Assembly (NCBI GenBank): GCA_965238225.1
Contig: OZ250183.1
Coordinates: 608,001-672,000, forward strand
Direction: 5' to 3'
Length of the DNA: 64,000 nt
Source of the DNA: Gammaproteobacteria bacterium
GTDB lineage: Bacteria; Pseudomonadota; Gammaproteobacteria; Eutrophobiales; Eutrophobiaceae
In this document: positions 35,000 to 47,193 of the stretch, one piece after another
Numbering within the stretch: the first letter of the stretch is position 1
How the letters are laid out: the number at the start of each line of letters is the position of its first letter
Notes under the pieces: generated by a model
Told to the model about the DNA's origin: nothing
What the model saw: only the letters and a program-made list of their open reading frames with translations
The model's database searches: none
Translations under genes and position numbers: made by a program

Positions 35000-35617
35000 A
35001 TGAAATTAAAACTAAAAAAATTAAACAAAAAAACTGATGGAAAAATTACAGTGTCAGATAGTATTTTTGCATCCAAGTACAATGAAGCACTTATTCATCA
35101 GGCGTTGATAGCTTTTATGGCAGGTTCACGCGCGGGCACTAAGGCTCAAAAGACGCGTTCTAATGTTCGTGGCGGCGGCAGAAAGCCATGGACGCAGAAA
35201 GGCACTGGTCGATCCAGAGCGGGAACCATAAGAAGTCCGATATGGAGAAGTGGTGGCGTTACCTTCGCAGCAAAGCCAAGAGATTATTCTCAGAAGCTTA
35301 ATAAGAAAATGTATTGTGGTGCCATGCGTTCAATCCTTGCTGAATTGGTTCGTCAAGATAGACTTATTTTGATTGATGAATTTGTAGCTGTTGCACCAAA
35401 AACAAAAGATATGGTGGCACAATTAAAGTCACTGGATTTGGACGATGTATTAGTTGTGACCGACGAAATGACAGAAAATCTTTTCTTATCTACAAAAAAT
35501 ATTCCCCATGTCGATGTTGCTGATACAGACGAAATTAATCCTTATGTATTGATTGGCTATAACAAGATATTAATGACACAGGGTGCGCTTAAAAAAGTAG
35601 AGAAATTATTGGCATGA
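35000..35617 (+). CDS. rplD: 50S ribosomal protein L4
   Basis: GGGRKPWTQKGTGRSRAG. Confidence 0.98.
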   Translation: MKLKLKKLNKKTDGKITVSDSIFASKYNEALIHQALIAFMAGSRAGTKAQKTRSNVRGGGRKPWTQKGTGRSRAGTIRSPIWRSGGVTFAAKPRDYSQKLNKKMYCGAMRSILAELVRQDRLILIDEFVAVAPKTKDMVAQLKSLDLDDVLVVTDEMTENLFLSTKNIPHVDVADTDEINPYVLIGYNKILMTQGALKKVEKLLA

Positions 35618-35937
35618 ACGAACAAGAAATTACTCATGGAATCTTGAGCCAAGAAAGATTAATGAAGATCGTGTTGGAGCCACGTGTTACTGAAAAGAGT
35701 ACTCTGGTTGGAGAAAAACATAATCAATTCGTTTTTAAGGTGCTGAAAGACGCAACCAAGCCTGAGATTAAAAATGCAGTTGAGTTACTTTTTAAGGTCG
35801 AAGTAGAGTCTGTTCAGATAACTCATGTAAAAGGTAAACATAAAATATTTAAACGTGAACCGGGCAAGCGTTCGGACTGGAAGAAAGCCTATGTGAAACT
35901 GAAACCTGGTTTTGATATTGATTTCGTAGGAGCATAG
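35614..35937 (+). CDS. rplW: 50S ribosomal protein L23
   Basis: PRVTEKS, ATKPEIK, WKKAYVKL; start could be TTG 35644. Confidence 0.97.
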   Translation: MNEQEITHGILSQERLMKIVLEPRVTEKSTLVGEKHNQFVFKVLKDATKPEIKNAVELLFKVEVESVQITHVKGKHKIFKREPGKRSDWKKAYVKLKPGFDIDFVGA

Positions 35938-35957
35938 CGCGGGTACTATGATTGATT

Positions 35958-36782
35958 ATGGTATTAGTTAAACCAAAACCAACCTCTGCAGGGCGTCGTG
36001 CACAAGTTAAGGTCGCAAGTCCTTATCTATACAAGGGCGCGCCTTATGAACCTTTGCTTGAAAAACAAAGCAAAAACTCAGGCCGTAACAACAATGGTCG
36101 TATTACAGTACGTCATCGTGGCGGCGGTGCAAAACAGCGTTATCGCGTGATTGACTTTAAACGTAACAAAGACGGAATTACTGCCAAAGTTGAGCATATT
36201 GAGTATGACCCTGACAGAACAGCGCACATTGCTTTACTGTTATATGCTGATGGCGAACGTCGTTACGTCATTGCTTCAGAGGGTATGGTGGAAGGTTATG
36301 AAATAATGTCAGGTGAAGCTGTACAGATTAAAGCAGGCAACTGTATGCCATTAAGAAATATACCCTTAGGTACAACAGTTCATTGCGTAGAAATGAAGCC
36401 CGGCAAAGGTGCGCAAATGGCAAGAAGCGCAGGCGCCAGTGTGCAACTAGTCGCCCGTGAAGGCAGTCATGCAACATTAAGAATGCGTTCAGGTGAGATG
36501 AGAAAAGTTTTAGCCGAGTGTCGCGCGACCATTGGTGAAGTAGGTAATGGTGAGCATGCACTTAGATCCTTGGGTAAAGCGGGTGCTAAAAGATGGCGTG
36601 GCGTACGACCAACAGTACGAGGTGTTGCCATGAATCCTGTCGACCACCCACACGGTGGTGGTGAAGGAAGAACCTCAGGCGGTCGTCACCCAGTAAGCCC
36701 ATGGGGCGTTCCAACTAAAGGCTATAAGACTCGTAAAAACAAGCGTTCAGATAATGTGATCGTACGTAAACGTCAAAAATAA
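35958..36782 (+). CDS. rplB: 50S ribosomal protein L2
   Basis: [17 protein letters not shown]. Confidence 0.99.
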   Translation: MVLVKPKPTSAGRRAQVKVASPYLYKGAPYEPLLEKQSKNSGRNNNGRITVRHRGGGAKQRYRVIDFKRNKDGITAKVEHIEYDPDRTAHIALLLYADGERRYVIASEGMVEGYEIMSGEAVQIKAGNCMPLRNIPLGTTVHCVEMKPGKGAQMARSAGASVQLVAREGSHATLRMRSGEMRKVLAECRATIGEVGNGEHALRSLGKAGAKRWRGVRPTVRGVAMNPVDHPHGGGEGRTSGGRHPVSPWGVPTKGYKTRKNKRSDNVIVRKRQK

Positions 36783-36794
36783 CGGAAACAATAG

Positions 36795-37064
36795 ATGTCA
36801 CGTTCAATTAAAAAAGGCCCATTCGTCGATCATCATTTAGCAAAGAAGGTTGATATTGCTAAAGAATCAAATGATAAGCGACCAATTAAAACTTGGTCTC
36901 GCCGGTCGATGGTATTACCAAATATGGTTGGATTAACTATTACTGTACATAACGGTCGTGATCATATGCCAGTTTATATTACGGAAAATATGGTTGGCCA
37001 TAAATTAGGTGAATTTGCAGGTACGCGTACCTTCAGAGGTCATTTTGCGGATCGAAAGAGTTAA
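36795..37064 (+). CDS. rpsS: 30S ribosomal protein S19
   Basis: [17 protein letters not shown]. Confidence 0.99.
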   Translation: MSRSIKKGPFVDHHLAKKVDIAKESNDKRPIKTWSRRSMVLPNMVGLTITVHNGRDHMPVYITENMVGHKLGEFAGTRTFRGHFADRKS

Positions 37065-37081
37065 TCATCTGGATTCCACAT

Positions 37082-37414
37082 ATGTCGACATCAGCAAAAC
37101 TTAAAAATTCAAGGATTTCGCCGCAAAAAATGCGTCTGGTTGCAGACCAGATAAGAGGTTTGTCAGTAGAAAGAGCGTTGGATGTACTTACATTTAGTAG
37201 CAAAAAAGCAGCAACCATAATCAGGAAAGTGCTTGAATCAGCAATTGCAAATGCAGAGCATAATAATGGCGCCGATATTGATGAACTCAAGATATCTGAA
37301 ATACTTGTTGACGCAGGTTCAACTACGAAACGGTTACGCCCCAGAGCACGCGGCCGCGCCGACAGAATTATAAAGAGGACTAGCCACTTGAAAGTGACTG
37401 TCTCAGAGACATAA
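37082..37414 (+). CDS. rplV: 50S ribosomal protein L22
   Basis: [16 protein letters not shown]. Confidence 0.99.
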   Translation: MSTSAKLKNSRISPQKMRLVADQIRGLSVERALDVLTFSSKKAATIIRKVLESAIANAEHNNGADIDELKISEILVDAGSTTKRLRPRARGRADRIIKRTSHLKVTVSET

Positions 37415-37431
37415 GTAAGGATAAAATTGTA

Positions 37432-38115
37432 ATGGGTCAAAAAGTACATCCAATAGGCATGCGTCTGGGCATTATTAAAGACTGGACGTCAACGTGGTAC
37501 GCCGACTCTGCGAACTACTCCAAGTTTTTGCATACAGATTTAAAAGTGCGTGAATATTTACAAAAAAAGCTGGAGAATGCCTCAGTGAGCCGAATTCAGA
37601 TTGAACGTCCAGCGAATAATGCAAGAATTATAATTCATACTGCAAGACCGGGGATTGTGATTGGCAAAAAAGGTGAAGATATTGATCGTTTGCGTATTGC
37701 TGTTTCAAAAATAATGGGTGTACCAGCTCAGGTAAGCGTTGAAGAAATTCGCAAGCCAGAACTAGACGCGACATTGGTTGCACAAAATGTTGCATCTCAA
37801 TTAGAGCGTCGAATTATGTATCGACGTGCCATGAAACGTGCAGTAACAAACACCATGCGATTAGGCGCTGAAGGTATCAAAATTAATCTTGCTGGAAGAT
37901 TAAATGGTGTGGAAATTGCGCGATCGGAATGGTACAGAGAAGGTCGTGTGCCCTTACATACATTGAGGGCAGATATTGATTATGGTGTTGCAGAAGCAAG
38001 CACAACTTACGGGATCATCGGTATTAAGGTATGGATATTTAAAGGCGAGATTTTTGATTACAGTAAGAAAGATAGTGCAGAAGCCAAAACCTCTAAAGAA
38101 ATTTCTGAAAATTAG
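37432..38115 (+). CDS. rpsC: 30S ribosomal protein S3
   Basis: [21 protein letters not shown]. Confidence 0.99.
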   Translation: MGQKVHPIGMRLGIIKDWTSTWYADSANYSKFLHTDLKVREYLQKKLENASVSRIQIERPANNARIIIHTARPGIVIGKKGEDIDRLRIAVSKIMGVPAQVSVEEIRKPELDATLVAQNVASQLERRIMYRRAMKRAVTNTMRLGAEGIKINLAGRLNGVEIARSEWYREGRVPLHTLRADIDYGVAEASTTYGIIGIKVWIFKGEIFDYSKKDSAEAKTSKEISEN

Positions 38116-38128
38116 AAGGTATGGATAA

Positions 38129-38542
38129 GTGCTACAGCCTAAAAGAACAAAATTCAAGAAACAGAATAAGGGTCGTAATCGTGGTTTGGCTACTGTGAGC
38201 AATAAGGTGAGCTTTGGTGAATTTGGTTTGAAGGCAACAACCCGTGGGCGTATTACGGCACGTCAAATAGAAGCCGCACGTAGAACCATTACTCGCAAGA
38301 TTAAGCGTGGCGGGAAACTGTGGATCAGAGTATTTCCAGATAAACCCATTACAAAAAAACCTCTGGAAGTGCGTCAGGGCAAGGGCAAGGGCAATGTTGA
38401 ATACTGGGTTGCACAGATTCAGCCTGGCAGGATGCTCTATGAGCTTGAAGGTGTGTCGGAAGATATGGCAAAAGAAGCGTTTAAATTAGCTTTAGCTAAG
38501 TTACCTGTAAAAACAACATTTATTAATAGAACAATAATGTAA
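38129..38542 (+). CDS. rplP: 50S ribosomal protein L16
   Basis: [16 protein letters not shown]. Confidence 0.99.
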   Translation: MLQPKRTKFKKQNKGRNRGLATVSNKVSFGEFGLKATTRGRITARQIEAARRTITRKIKRGGKLWIRVFPDKPITKKPLEVRQGKGKGNVEYWVAQIQPGRMLYELEGVSEDMAKEAFKLALAKLPVKTTFINRTIM

Positions 38543-38739
38543 TGGATATTGCGGAATTAAGACAGAAAAAACCAGAAGATCTGAATGCTTTGGTATTAGC
38601 ACTACTGCGTGAGCAATTTAATCTGCGTATGCAAAAGGGTTCTGGACAATTAAGCAAACCAAGTGAGATGAAACGCGTACGTCGCACTATTGCGCGAGTG
38701 AAAACAGTGATGGCTGAAATGGCAGCAGGTAACAATTGA
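38542..38739 (+). CDS. rpmC: 50S ribosomal protein L29
   Basis: [21 protein letters not shown]. Confidence 0.98.
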   Translation: MDIAELRQKKPEDLNALVLALLREQFNLRMQKGSGQLSKPSEMKRVRRTIARVKTVMAEMAAGNN

Positions 38740-39005
38740 TGGACAAAGCACAAAAAATGGCAAGGACGATCACTGGCAAAGTAATAAGCAATAAAATGGA
38801 TAAAAGCATTTCTGTATTAGAATCGCGAAAGGTGAAACATCCTTTATATGAAAAATATATTAAGCGTTCCACAAAGTTTATGGTTCATGACGAGAATAAT
38901 GAGTGTAGTGAAGGCGATATAGTCGTGATAGAAGCATCAAAGCCTATTTCAAAAAACAAAACTTGGAAGCTACAAAAAATAGTTACCAAGACTCAGGATA
39001 TTTAA
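38739..39005 (+). CDS. rpsQ: 30S ribosomal protein S17
   Basis: SNKMDKS, KHPLY, HDENN. Confidence 0.98.
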   Translation: MDKAQKMARTITGKVISNKMDKSISVLESRKVKHPLYEKYIKRSTKFMVHDENNECSEGDIVVIEASKPISKNKTWKLQKIVTKTQDI

Positions 39006-39057
39006 AACACAAAAAATTTAGAAGCACGAAATCTAGAAAGTTAAAGGAGTAGCGTAG

Positions 39058-39426
39058 ATGATACAAACACAAACCATGCTGGATACCGCGGATAATAGCG
39101 GCGCAAAGCGGGTGATGTGCATTAAGGTTCTTGGTGGATCTAAGCGACGCTACGCTGGAATTGGCGATGTTATTAAAGTGACAATTAAAGAAGCTATTCC
39201 ACGCGGCAAAGTAAAGAAAGGTGAACTCTATGATGCGGTTGTTGTAAGAACCCGCAAAGGTGTTCGCCGCTCTGACGGATCATTGATTAGGTTTGATAGC
39301 AATGCAGTCGTTTTATTGAATAGCCAGCGTCAACCGTTAGGTACTCGTATTTTTGGCCCGGTGACGCGTGAATTAAGAGGTGCAGAATTTATGAAAATTG
39401 TGTCGTTAGCGCCTGAGGTTTTATAA
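39058..39426 (+). CDS. rplN: 50S ribosomal protein L14
   Basis: [22 protein letters not shown]. Confidence 0.99.
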   Translation: MIQTQTMLDTADNSGAKRVMCIKVLGGSKRRYAGIGDVIKVTIKEAIPRGKVKKGELYDAVVVRTRKGVRRSDGSLIRFDSNAVVLLNSQRQPLGTRIFGPVTRELRGAEFMKIVSLAPEVL

Positions 39427-39429
39427 GGG

Positions 39430-39750
39430 GTGCACAAGCTAAGAAAAGGTGATGAAGTCGTTGTTTTGTCTGGCAAAGACAAAGGCAAACGTGGTGTTAT
39501 ATTAAAAATAATGCAAGATATGGAAAAAGTTGTTGTAGAGAATATCAATATGTTTAAACGACACACCAAAGGGAATCCGGCTCAAGGAGCACCTGGAGGC
39601 ATTATCGAAAAAGAAATGCCATTACATGTTTCGAATGTCGCTATTTGGAATCCAGTATTAGACAAAGCAGATCGTGTCGGTATAAAAATGTTGAAAGATG
39701 GAGAGAAGGTGCGTTTTTTTAAAGCTAACAACGAAGTTGTGGATGTATAA
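39430..39750 (+). CDS. rplX: 50S ribosomal protein L24
   Basis: GDEVVVLSGKDKGK, EKEMPLHVSNV. Confidence 0.98.
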   Translation: MHKLRKGDEVVVLSGKDKGKRGVILKIMQDMEKVVVENINMFKRHTKGNPAQGAPGGIIEKEMPLHVSNVAIWNPVLDKADRVGIKMLKDGEKVRFFKANNEVVDV

Positions 39751-39765
39751 AAGGCAAAAAGTAAG

Positions 39766-40305
39766 ATGGCAAGATTAGAAATATTTTACAAAGAGAGCGT
39801 CATCAAGGAACTGACTGAACAGTTCAATTATACATCAGTTATGCAGGTACCTCGTATTACAAAGGTGACGTTGAATATGGGTTTAGGCGAAGCTGTTGCT
39901 GATAAAAAAATTATTGAACATGCAGTCAGTGATATGGAAAAGATTGCAGGCCAAAAACCTGTTGTGAATCTTGCTAGAAAATCAGTTGCTAATTTTAAAG
40001 TACGTGAAGGTTGGCCTGTCGGCTGTAAGGTGACATTACGTAGAGAGCGGATGTATGAGTTTATGGATAGGCTTATTGCAATTTCAATTCCCAGAATTCG
40101 TGACTTTCGTGGATTTAATACGAAATCATTTGATGGTCGTGGCAACTACAGCCTTGGCATTAAAGAGCAGATTATTTTCCCGGAAATTGATTATGATAAG
40201 ATTGATACGCTTCGTGGCATGGATATTACCATCACAACAAGCGCGAATACAGATGATGAAGGTCGGGCGTTACTGACGGCCTTCAATTTCCCATTACGTA
40301 AATAA
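39766..40305 (+). CDS. rplE: 50S ribosomal protein L5
   Basis: [15 protein letters not shown]. Confidence 0.99.
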   Translation: MARLEIFYKESVIKELTEQFNYTSVMQVPRITKVTLNMGLGEAVADKKIIEHAVSDMEKIAGQKPVVNLARKSVANFKVREGWPVGCKVTLRRERMYEFMDRLIAISIPRIRDFRGFNTKSFDGRGNYSLGIKEQIIFPEIDYDKIDTLRGMDITITTSANTDDEGRALLTAFNFPLRK

Positions 40306-40319
40306 TATTTGAGGGCATT

Positions 40320-40625
40320 ATGGCAAAGGTTTCAATGATTAATCGTGAGTACAAGCGCAGCAGACTGGTGAAGAAATACGCAACCAAGCGCGCAGAGTTA
40401 AAGGCTCAGGTTATCAATACATCCCTTAGTGAAGAAGATCGTAAATTAGCAAGAGAAAAACTAAGCATGTTACCGCGCGATTCAAGTCCGGTAAGACAAC
40501 GCAATCGATGTAACTTGACTGGACGCCCGCATGGCTATTACCGCAAATTTGGACTTTCTCGTAACAAACTGCGCGAAGCAGCAATGCGAGGAGATGTTCC
40601 AGGTTTGGTTAAGGCTAGTTGGTAG
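40320..40625 (+). CDS. rpsN: 30S ribosomal protein S14 (long, zinc-free type)
   Basis: [20 protein letters not shown]. Confidence 0.99.
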   Translation: MAKVSMINREYKRSRLVKKYATKRAELKAQVINTSLSEEDRKLAREKLSMLPRDSSPVRQRNRCNLTGRPHGYYRKFGLSRNKLREAAMRGDVPGLVKASW

Positions 40626-40635
40626 GAGGAAGATT

Positions 40636-41028
40636 ATGAGTATGCAAGATCCATTAGCTGATATGCTAACAAGAATCAGAAATAATCTGGCTAGAGGCAA
40701 GGCAGCAGTGAGCATGCCCTCATCCAAGCTCAAAGTTGCTGTGGCAGAAATTCTGCAGCAAGAAGGTTATATATCAAAATATACTGTGGGCGGCGATGTC
40801 AAAAAAATCTTGATCATTGAACTAAAGTATTTTGAAAATAAACCTGTTATTGAAATGCTCAGTCGATTTAGTCGTCCAAGCATTAGAAGGTATCGATCAA
40901 AAAGTGAACTGCCAACAGTCATTGGTGGTTTGGGTATCGCCATTATCTCCACATCAAAAGGTGTGATGACAGATAAAGATGCTCGTGCTCAGGGTATTGG
41001 CGGTGAGATATTATGTGTTGTTTCTTAA
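40636..41028 (+). CDS. rpsH: 30S ribosomal protein S8
   Basis: [16 protein letters not shown]; ATG 40636 after GGAGG. Confidence 0.99.
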   Translation: MSMQDPLADMLTRIRNNLARGKAAVSMPSSKLKVAVAEILQQEGYISKYTVGGDVKKILIIELKYFENKPVIEMLSRFSRPSIRRYRSKSELPTVIGGLGIAIISTSKGVMTDKDARAQGIGGEILCVVS

Positions 41029-41056
41029 GCGTAGGTTAAAACATTAGGATAAAACG

Positions 41057-41590
41057 ATGTCACGAGTAGCAAATAACCCTATCGAATTGCCTTCTGGCGT
41101 TGAATTTAGCGCTGCCCAAAACACAGTTACGATTAAAGGCAGCAAAGGACAAATGCAATACAGTCTGCATCCTCTGGTGAGTGTGTTACAAGATGGTAAT
41201 CAGTTAAAAACGACAATGAATGATAATTCCAAGCAAGCGAATGTATTGGCAGGAACTACACGCGCATTACTGCAAAATATTGTCACGGGCGTTACGGTTG
41301 GTCATGAGCGTAAATTAACTATTATTGGTGTCGGTTATCGTGCACAGGTGCAAGGTAAAATCCTGAATTTAACTTTAGGTTTTTCACATCCAGTGAAATT
41401 TGAGATTCCTGATGGCATTTCCATTGAGACACCAACGCAGACTGAAATTATAATTAAAGGCACAGACAAGCAGTTGGTCGGCCAAACGGCTGCTAATATA
41501 AGAGCATATCGCCCACCAGAACCTTATAAAGGCAAAGGTGTTCGTTACGCGGATGAACATGTTATCCGTAAAGAGGCCAAAAAAACTTAA
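41057..41590 (+). CDS. rplF: 50S ribosomal protein L6
   Basis: RPPEPYKGKGVRY. Confidence 0.99.
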   Translation: MSRVANNPIELPSGVEFSAAQNTVTIKGSKGQMQYSLHPLVSVLQDGNQLKTTMNDNSKQANVLAGTTRALLQNIVTGVTVGHERKLTIIGVGYRAQVQGKILNLTLGFSHPVKFEIPDGISIETPTQTEIIIKGTDKQLVGQTAANIRAYRPPEPYKGKGVRYADEHVIRKEAKKT

Positions 41591-41669
41591 ACTAAAAAAC
41601 CCTAAATAAGAAAACCTTAGATAGGGTGGCGTAAGACAAAGTTAGAGTCAAATAAAATAGAGTCAAATA

Positions 41670-42026
41670 ATGAAAAGTAAAAAACAAGCAAGAATAAAGA
41701 GAGCAACACGTACCAGAGCGCGTATTAGACTGAAAGGTGTCAGTCGTCTTTGTGTTCACAGGACACCAAAACACCTTTACGCACAGGTTATCGCAGCTAA
41801 TGGTTCTGAAGTTCTTGTGAGTGCTTCGACACTAGATAAGGATATTAGAGGTAAGATTCAGTATAGTGGCAACGCCGATGCTGCCATTATTGTCGGTAAG
41901 AAATTAGGCGAACGCGCAAAAAAATCTGGTGTGACACAGGTGGCTTTTGATCGTTCTGGATTTAAATACCATGGACGTATTAAGGCGTTAGCCGATGCTG
42001 CACGTGAACAAGGTTTGGAATTCTAA
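41670..42026 (+). CDS. rplR: 50S ribosomal protein L18
   Basis: [20 protein letters not shown]. Confidence 0.99.
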   Translation: MKSKKQARIKRATRTRARIRLKGVSRLCVHRTPKHLYAQVIAANGSEVLVSASTLDKDIRGKIQYSGNADAAIIVGKKLGERAKKSGVTQVAFDRSGFKYHGRIKALADAAREQGLEF

Positions 42027-42050
42027 AGGGTTTGGTTGGAGATTTTTAAG

Positions 42051-42557
42051 ATGGCTGCTACTGATTCAATTACAGGAAATGAAAATCTTCTTGAAAAGTT
42101 GGTTCACGTTAATCGTGTCGCCAAGGTAGTCAAAGGCGGACGTCAATTTGGTTTTACAGCACTTACCGTTGTTGGAGATGGCAATGGTAAAGTTGGTTTT
42201 GGTCGAGGTAAGGCCAAAGAAGTGCCAATTGCAATTCAAAAAGCAATGGAAAATGCGCGTAAGAATATGTCGCCAGTCGCCTTAAATGAAGGCACGTTAC
42301 ATTATGCAATGACAGGCATACATGGTGCTGCAAAAGTCTATATGCAACCTGCTTCAGAAGGTACAGGAATTATCGCAGGTGGTTCGATGCGTGCAGTTTT
42401 CGAAGTTGCAGGTGTTAATAATGTGCTTGCTAAGTCGATTGGTTCAACAAATCCAATTAATGTTGTCCGTGCGACTATGAGTGCATTAAGATCTGTCACA
42501 TCACCCGAAATGATCGCGGCTAAACGCGGAAAAACAGTAAAAGAAATACTGGGTTAG
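42051..42557 (+). CDS. rpsE: 30S ribosomal protein S5
   Basis: [11 protein letters not shown]; ATG 42051. Confidence 0.99.
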   Translation: MAATDSITGNENLLEKLVHVNRVAKVVKGGRQFGFTALTVVGDGNGKVGFGRGKAKEVPIAIQKAMENARKNMSPVALNEGTLHYAMTGIHGAAKVYMQPASEGTGIIAGGSMRAVFEVAGVNNVLAKSIGSTNPINVVRATMSALRSVTSPEMIAAKRGKTVKEILG

Positions 42558-42559
42558 AT

Positions 42560-42748
42560 ATGGCAAAGAAGAAACAAATAAACGTTACATTAAAACGTGG
42601 CACTAACAAACGTTTAGCATCACATAAAGCTTGTGTGCAAGGTTTGGGCTTACGTCGAATTGGGCACACCGTTACGGTAGAAGATACTCCAGAAAATCGC
42701 GGCATGGTAAACAAGGTAAATTACTTACTTGCCGTTGAGGAAGCATAA
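42560..42748 (+). CDS. rpmD: 50S ribosomal protein L30
   Basis: [19 protein letters not shown]. Confidence 0.98.
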   Translation: MAKKKQINVTLKRGTNKRLASHKACVQGLGLRRIGHTVTVEDTPENRGMVNKVNYLLAVEEA

Positions 42749-42749
42749 A

Positions 42750-43187
42750 ATGCGACTGAATACATTAAAACCACAAACAGGATCAAAGCCAGATAGAAAA
42801 CGTGTTGGTCGAGGCATTGGTTGTGGTTCAGGCAAGACATGTGGTCGTGGTCATAAAGGTCAGAAGTCAAGAAAAGGCGGTTACCATAAAGTAGGTTTTG
42901 AAGGCGGGCAAATGCCCTTGAAACGCCGTCTTCCTAAAGTTGGGTTTAGCTCTGCCCTGTCAGCTGTGACGGCTGAAATACGTTTACAAGAACTTGAAAA
43001 AGTTGACGCTAAAGTTGTTGATCTAGATTCTTTGTTGGCTGCTAATCTAATTTCTAAGAATATCAAGCGCGCAAAAATCCTTGATTCAGGAAAGATTGAG
43101 AAACCTGTTTCTGTAAAAGGTTTGAATGTGACAAAAGGCGCTCGCGCAGCGATAGAAGCCTCTGGCGGGAAAATCTTAGAGGATTAA
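42750..43187 (+). CDS. rplO: 50S ribosomal protein L15
   Basis: [16 protein letters not shown]; ATG 42750. Confidence 0.98.
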   Translation: MRLNTLKPQTGSKPDRKRVGRGIGCGSGKTCGRGHKGQKSRKGGYHKVGFEGGQMPLKRRLPKVGFSSALSAVTAEIRLQELEKVDAKVVDLDSLLAANLISKNIKRAKILDSGKIEKPVSVKGLNVTKGARAAIEASGGKILED

Positions 43188-43189
43188 TA

Positions 43190-44533
43190 ATGGCAACATC
43201 TAACCCTACAATCTCTGGAGGCATCGCCGGATTAGGAAAATTGAGAGAGCTGCGTCAGCGATTATTCTTCCTTTTGTGTGCATTATTTATTTTTAGAGTG
43301 TGTTCATTTATTCCTGTACCTGGAATAAACCCAAATGCGTTGGCGATGATGTTTGAGCAACAAAGCGGCACCATACTGGATATGTTTAATATGTTTTCAG
43401 GCGGTGCTTTGCAAAGGCTGTCGGTAATTGCGCTGGGCATTATGCCCTACATATCCGCCTCTATTATTATGCAGTTATTAACTGTCATGGAGCCGAGGCT
43501 AAAACAGATAAGGAAAGAAGGTGAGGCAGGCAGGCGTAAGATTACGCAGTACACACGATATGGCACAGTGATTTTGGCAACATTTCAGGCATTTGGTGTG
43601 GCAACCTTATTGGAGAGTCAGCAAGCAGCCGGTTTAGCAGTGGTCATGGATCCAGGTATTGGGTTCAAAATAACCACGATGACAACACTTGTTACAGGCA
43701 CATTGTTCCTGATGTGGTTGGGTGAACAAATCACTGAACGTGGTGTTGGCAATGGTATTTCCATGATTATCTTTGCAGGTATTGTTGCAGGATTACCATC
43801 CGCTATTGCTGGAACTGTTGAGTTGGCTAGAACGGGTGAATTACATACCTTAGCTGTATTTGTATTGTTCGCATTGGCCATTGTAGTGACAGGTTGTGTT
43901 ATATTTGTCGAAAGAGGGCAGCGCAGAATAACCATTAACTATGCGAAAAAACAGGTTGGACGTAAGCAATATGCTGGACAGTCCAGTCATTTGCCGTTGA
44001 AGCTGAATATGTCAGGTGTCATTCCACCGATATTTGCTTCCAGTTTGATTCTTTTTCCATCCACCATTGCTGGTTGGTTTGGGCAAAGTGAAGGTATGCG
44101 TTGGTTACAGGATATATCGACAATAATGTCACCCGGGCAGCCCATTTATGTATTGATGTATGCTGCTGGCATTATATTTTTCTGTTTCTTTTATACAGCG
44201 ATCGTTTTTGATCCAAAAGAAACAGCTGATAATTTAAAAAAATCTGGTGCCTTTATTCCAGGAATGAGGCCAGGCGAACAAACAGCAGAGTATCTGGATA
44301 ACGTATTAACCAAGTTGACGTTAGCTGGCGCAATCTACATTACTTCGGTATGTTTATTGCCTGAATTTTTGATTTTAAAATTTAATGTGCCTTTCTATTT
44401 TGGTGGCACATCATTGCTGATTATCGTTGTTGTTGTGATGGACTTTATGTCTCAAATACAGGCTCATTTGATGTCTCATCAATATGATTCTTTATTAAAA
44501 AAGGCCAATCTAAAGAAACACGGCAAAAGATAA
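43190..44533 (+). CDS. secY: Preprotein translocase subunit SecY
   Basis: [29 protein letters not shown]. Confidence 0.99.
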   Translation: MATSNPTISGGIAGLGKLRELRQRLFFLLCALFIFRVCSFIPVPGINPNALAMMFEQQSGTILDMFNMFSGGALQRLSVIALGIMPYISASIIMQLLTVMEPRLKQIRKEGEAGRRKITQYTRYGTVILATFQAFGVATLLESQQAAGLAVVMDPGIGFKITTMTTLVTGTLFLMWLGEQITERGVGNGISMIIFAGIVAGLPSAIAGTVELARTGELHTLAVFVLFALAIVVTGCVIFVERGQRRITINYAKKQVGRKQYAGQSSHLPLKLNMSGVIPPIFASSLILFPSTIAGWFGQSEGMRWLQDISTIMSPGQPIYVLMYAAGIIFFCFFYTAIVFDPKETADNLKKSGAFIPGMRPGEQTAEYLDNVLTKLTLAGAIYITSVCLLPEFLILKFNVPFYFGGTSLLIIVVVVMDFMSQIQAHLMSHQYDSLLKKANLKKHGKR

Positions 44534-44554
44534 TCAGGTTGATGGAGAACTAAG

Positions 44555-44668
44555 ATGAAGGTAAGAGCGTCCGTTAAAAAAATCTGTCGTCATTGCAAGA
44601 TTGTTCGCCGTAAAGGTGTCATTAGAGTTATATGCTCTGATCTTAGACATAAACAGCGCCAAGGTTAA
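44555..44668 (+). CDS. rpmJ: 50S ribosomal protein L36 (Zn-binding type)
   Basis: Below ORF-track cutoff: [43 protein letters not shown]. Confidence 0.98.
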   Translation: MKVRASVKKICRHCKIVRRKGVIRVICSDLRHKQRQG

Positions 44669-44711
44669 AAAATATTCAATGGTCAAAAAGATTTTCTGGG
44701 GAACTAAATAA

Positions 44712-45068
44712 ATGGCGCGTGTAGCTGGTGTAAATATACCTGATAACAAGCATCTGAGTATTGCATTGACTTATGTTTATGGTATCGGTCAGACACGTTC
44801 TCGCGATATATGCAATGCAACTAGCTTGAAGGGTGATATCAAGGTTAGAGAATTAACTGAAGGTGATTTAAGCAAGATTCGTTCTGAAATTACCAAGTAT
44901 GGCTTAGAAGGCGATCTAAGGCGCGAAGTCTCAATGAATATTAAACGTTTGATGGATCTTGGTTGTTATCGAGGAATTCGTCATCGCCGTGGCCTGCCCC
45001 TTAGAGGACAGAGAACACGAACCAATGCAAGGACACGTAAGGGTCCACGCAAACTTATTAAGAAATAA
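44712..45068 (+). CDS. rpsM: 30S ribosomal protein S13
   Basis: [14 protein letters not shown]. Confidence 0.99.
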   Translation: MARVAGVNIPDNKHLSIALTYVYGIGQTRSRDICNATSLKGDIKVRELTEGDLSKIRSEITKYGLEGDLRREVSMNIKRLMDLGCYRGIRHRRGLPLRGQRTRTNARTRKGPRKLIKK

Positions 45069-45089
45069 TCGGATATAGGTTAACAAAAT

Positions 45090-45479
45090 ATGGCAAGTTC
45101 AAGCTCTGAGGGTCGCAAAAAAGTTAAGAGAACAGTGGTTAATGGTATGGCTCACATTCACGCATCATTTAACAATACAATTATTACGATTACAGATCGC
45201 CAAGGTAATGCGCTTTCATGGGCAACTGCTGGTGGCAGTGGGTTCCGTGGTTCTCGCAAAAGCACCCCTTTTGCAGCGCAAATTGCATCCCAGAAGGCTG
45301 GTGAAATGGCATTAGAATTTAGCATGAAGAGTCTCGAGGTTTTCATTAAAGGTCCAGGGCCTGGCCGAGAATCTGCAGTGAGAGCCTTGCATGCTGTTGG
45401 TCTCAAAATTACTAATATTACTGATGTGACGCCCGTTCCTCATAACGGTTGTCGTCCACCAAAGAAACGCCGTGTATAG
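45090..45479 (+). CDS. rpsK: 30S ribosomal protein S11
   Basis: [20 protein letters not shown]. Confidence 0.99.
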   Translation: MASSSSEGRKKVKRTVVNGMAHIHASFNNTIITITDRQGNALSWATAGGSGFRGSRKSTPFAAQIASQKAGEMALEFSMKSLEVFIKGPGPGRESAVRALHAVGLKITNITDVTPVPHNGCRPPKKRRV

Positions 45480-45498
45480 GACGAATAGAGTATAAATT

Positions 45499-46119
45499 AT
45501 GGCGCGCTATCTAGGACCAAAATGTAAATTAAGTCGACGTGAAGGAACTGATCTGTTTTTGAAAAACAGAGCAAGGCCTATTGACTCTAAATGTCATATT
45601 GACAAAATTCCTGGTGATAGAGGGGCACGGCAGAAGCGTTTATCAGATTATGCTTTACAGTTAAGGGAAAAACAAAAACTGCGTCGTATCTATGGCGTTT
45701 TGGAAAAACAATTCCGTTCTTATTACAAGGAAGCTGCAAGACGTAAAGGATCTACAGGTGAAAATTTATTAAGTATTTTGGAATGTCGTCTTGACAATGT
45801 CGTCTATAGAATGGGTTTTGGTGTAACACGTAATGAAGCTCGCCAATTGGTGAGTCATAAATCAATATTAGTTAATGGTAAAGGTGTCAATATTCCTTCA
45901 TTTCAAGTGCATACTTCTGATGTTATTTCCGTCCGCGAAAAGAGTAAAAAACAGGTTCGGATTCGGGATTCTCTGGCAATTGCAGAGCAACTTACATTTC
46001 CTGAATGGCTGGAAGTGAACACTAAAGTAATGGAAGGAACTTTTAAGTCTGTCCCAGAGAGAAATGAGTTACCAGCGGAAATTAATGAACAGTTAGTTGT
46101 TGAGCTTTATTCTAAATAG
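45499..46119 (+). CDS. rpsD: 30S ribosomal protein S4
   Basis: [24 protein letters not shown]. Confidence 0.99.
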   Translation: MARYLGPKCKLSRREGTDLFLKNRARPIDSKCHIDKIPGDRGARQKRLSDYALQLREKQKLRRIYGVLEKQFRSYYKEAARRKGSTGENLLSILECRLDNVVYRMGFGVTRNEARQLVSHKSILVNGKGVNIPSFQVHTSDVISVREKSKKQVRIRDSLAIAEQLTFPEWLEVNTKVMEGTFKSVPERNELPAEINEQLVVELYSK

Positions 46120-46171
46120 ATAGGCACTCAATATAGTTAAATACCAAAGTAAAAAAATAGGAAAAATAATT

Positions 46172-47191
46172 ATGTCTGCAGCATTTAGTGAAATATTAAA
46201 ACCACATCGCGTTGATGTAGTCTCGGTTAATAATTTCAGCGCGAAGATTACAATCGAACCGCTTGATAAGGGTTTTGGCCATACATTAGGAAATGCACTT
46301 CGTCGTGTATTACTGTCTTCTATGCCTGGCTGCGCTGTTACCGAAGTTGAAATTGATAATGTATTGCATGAATACACCACAATTGAGGGTGTTCAGGAAG
46401 ATGTGACAGATATTTTGCTCAATCTTAAAGGGTTGGCAGTCACCATGCATGCTAAAGATGAAGCAACATTAACATTAAAAAAGAGTGGTTCTGGTGAGGT
46501 TAAAGCTAGTGATATCACAGTCGACCACGATATTGAAATAGCAAACCCTGATCATGTGATTGCTAACTTGACTAAAGCAGGCGATTTAAGCATGAGAATT
46601 AAGGTGGTTAGAGGTCGTGGTTACAAGCCGGTAGTTATTGGTGGCGACGAAGAAGATCAGGCTATTGGTCGATTGAGACTAGATGCCTCATTTAGCCCAA
46701 TTCGTCGTATTACTTATGAGGTGAAAAGCGCGCGCGTTGAGCAACGGACGAATCTGGATATGTTAATTCTTGAGATTGTAACCGACGGCACTATAGATCC
46801 CGAAGATGCTGTACGTGAAGCAGCAGGTATTCTCCGTAGTCAATTGGCTGTATTCGTTGATTTGGAGGCAGAAGAAGCCATTGAAGCCAACGTCATAAAA
46901 GAACCTGAGGCTGATCCAGCATTATTGCGACCAGTAGATGATTTGGAATTAACAGTGCGTTCCGCAAATTGCTTGAAAGCAGAAAGCATTTATTATATTG
47001 GTGATTTAATTCAACGTAGTGAAGCTGAGTTATTGAAAACACCAAATTTGGGCAAAAAATCATTGACCGAAATTAAGGATGTATTGGCATCAAGAGATTT
47101 ATCATTGGGAATGCGTCTAGAAAACTGGCCGCCACAAAGTTTGAATGATACAAGGGAAAGGACTCCTGCCAGATTATTAGAGGGAATTTAA
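46172..47191 (+). CDS. rpoA: RNA polymerase alpha subunit
   Basis: [27 protein letters not shown]. Confidence 0.99.
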   Translation: MSAAFSEILKPHRVDVVSVNNFSAKITIEPLDKGFGHTLGNALRRVLLSSMPGCAVTEVEIDNVLHEYTTIEGVQEDVTDILLNLKGLAVTMHAKDEATLTLKKSGSGEVKASDITVDHDIEIANPDHVIANLTKAGDLSMRIKVVRGRGYKPVVIGGDEEDQAIGRLRLDASFSPIRRITYEVKSARVEQRTNLDMLILEIVTDGTIDPEDAVREAAGILRSQLAVFVDLEAEEAIEANVIKEPEADPALLRPVDDLELTVRSANCLKAESIYYIGDLIQRSEAELLKTPNLGKKSLTEIKDVLASRDLSLGMRLENWPPQSLNDTRERTPARLLEGI

Positions 47192-47193
47192 AA

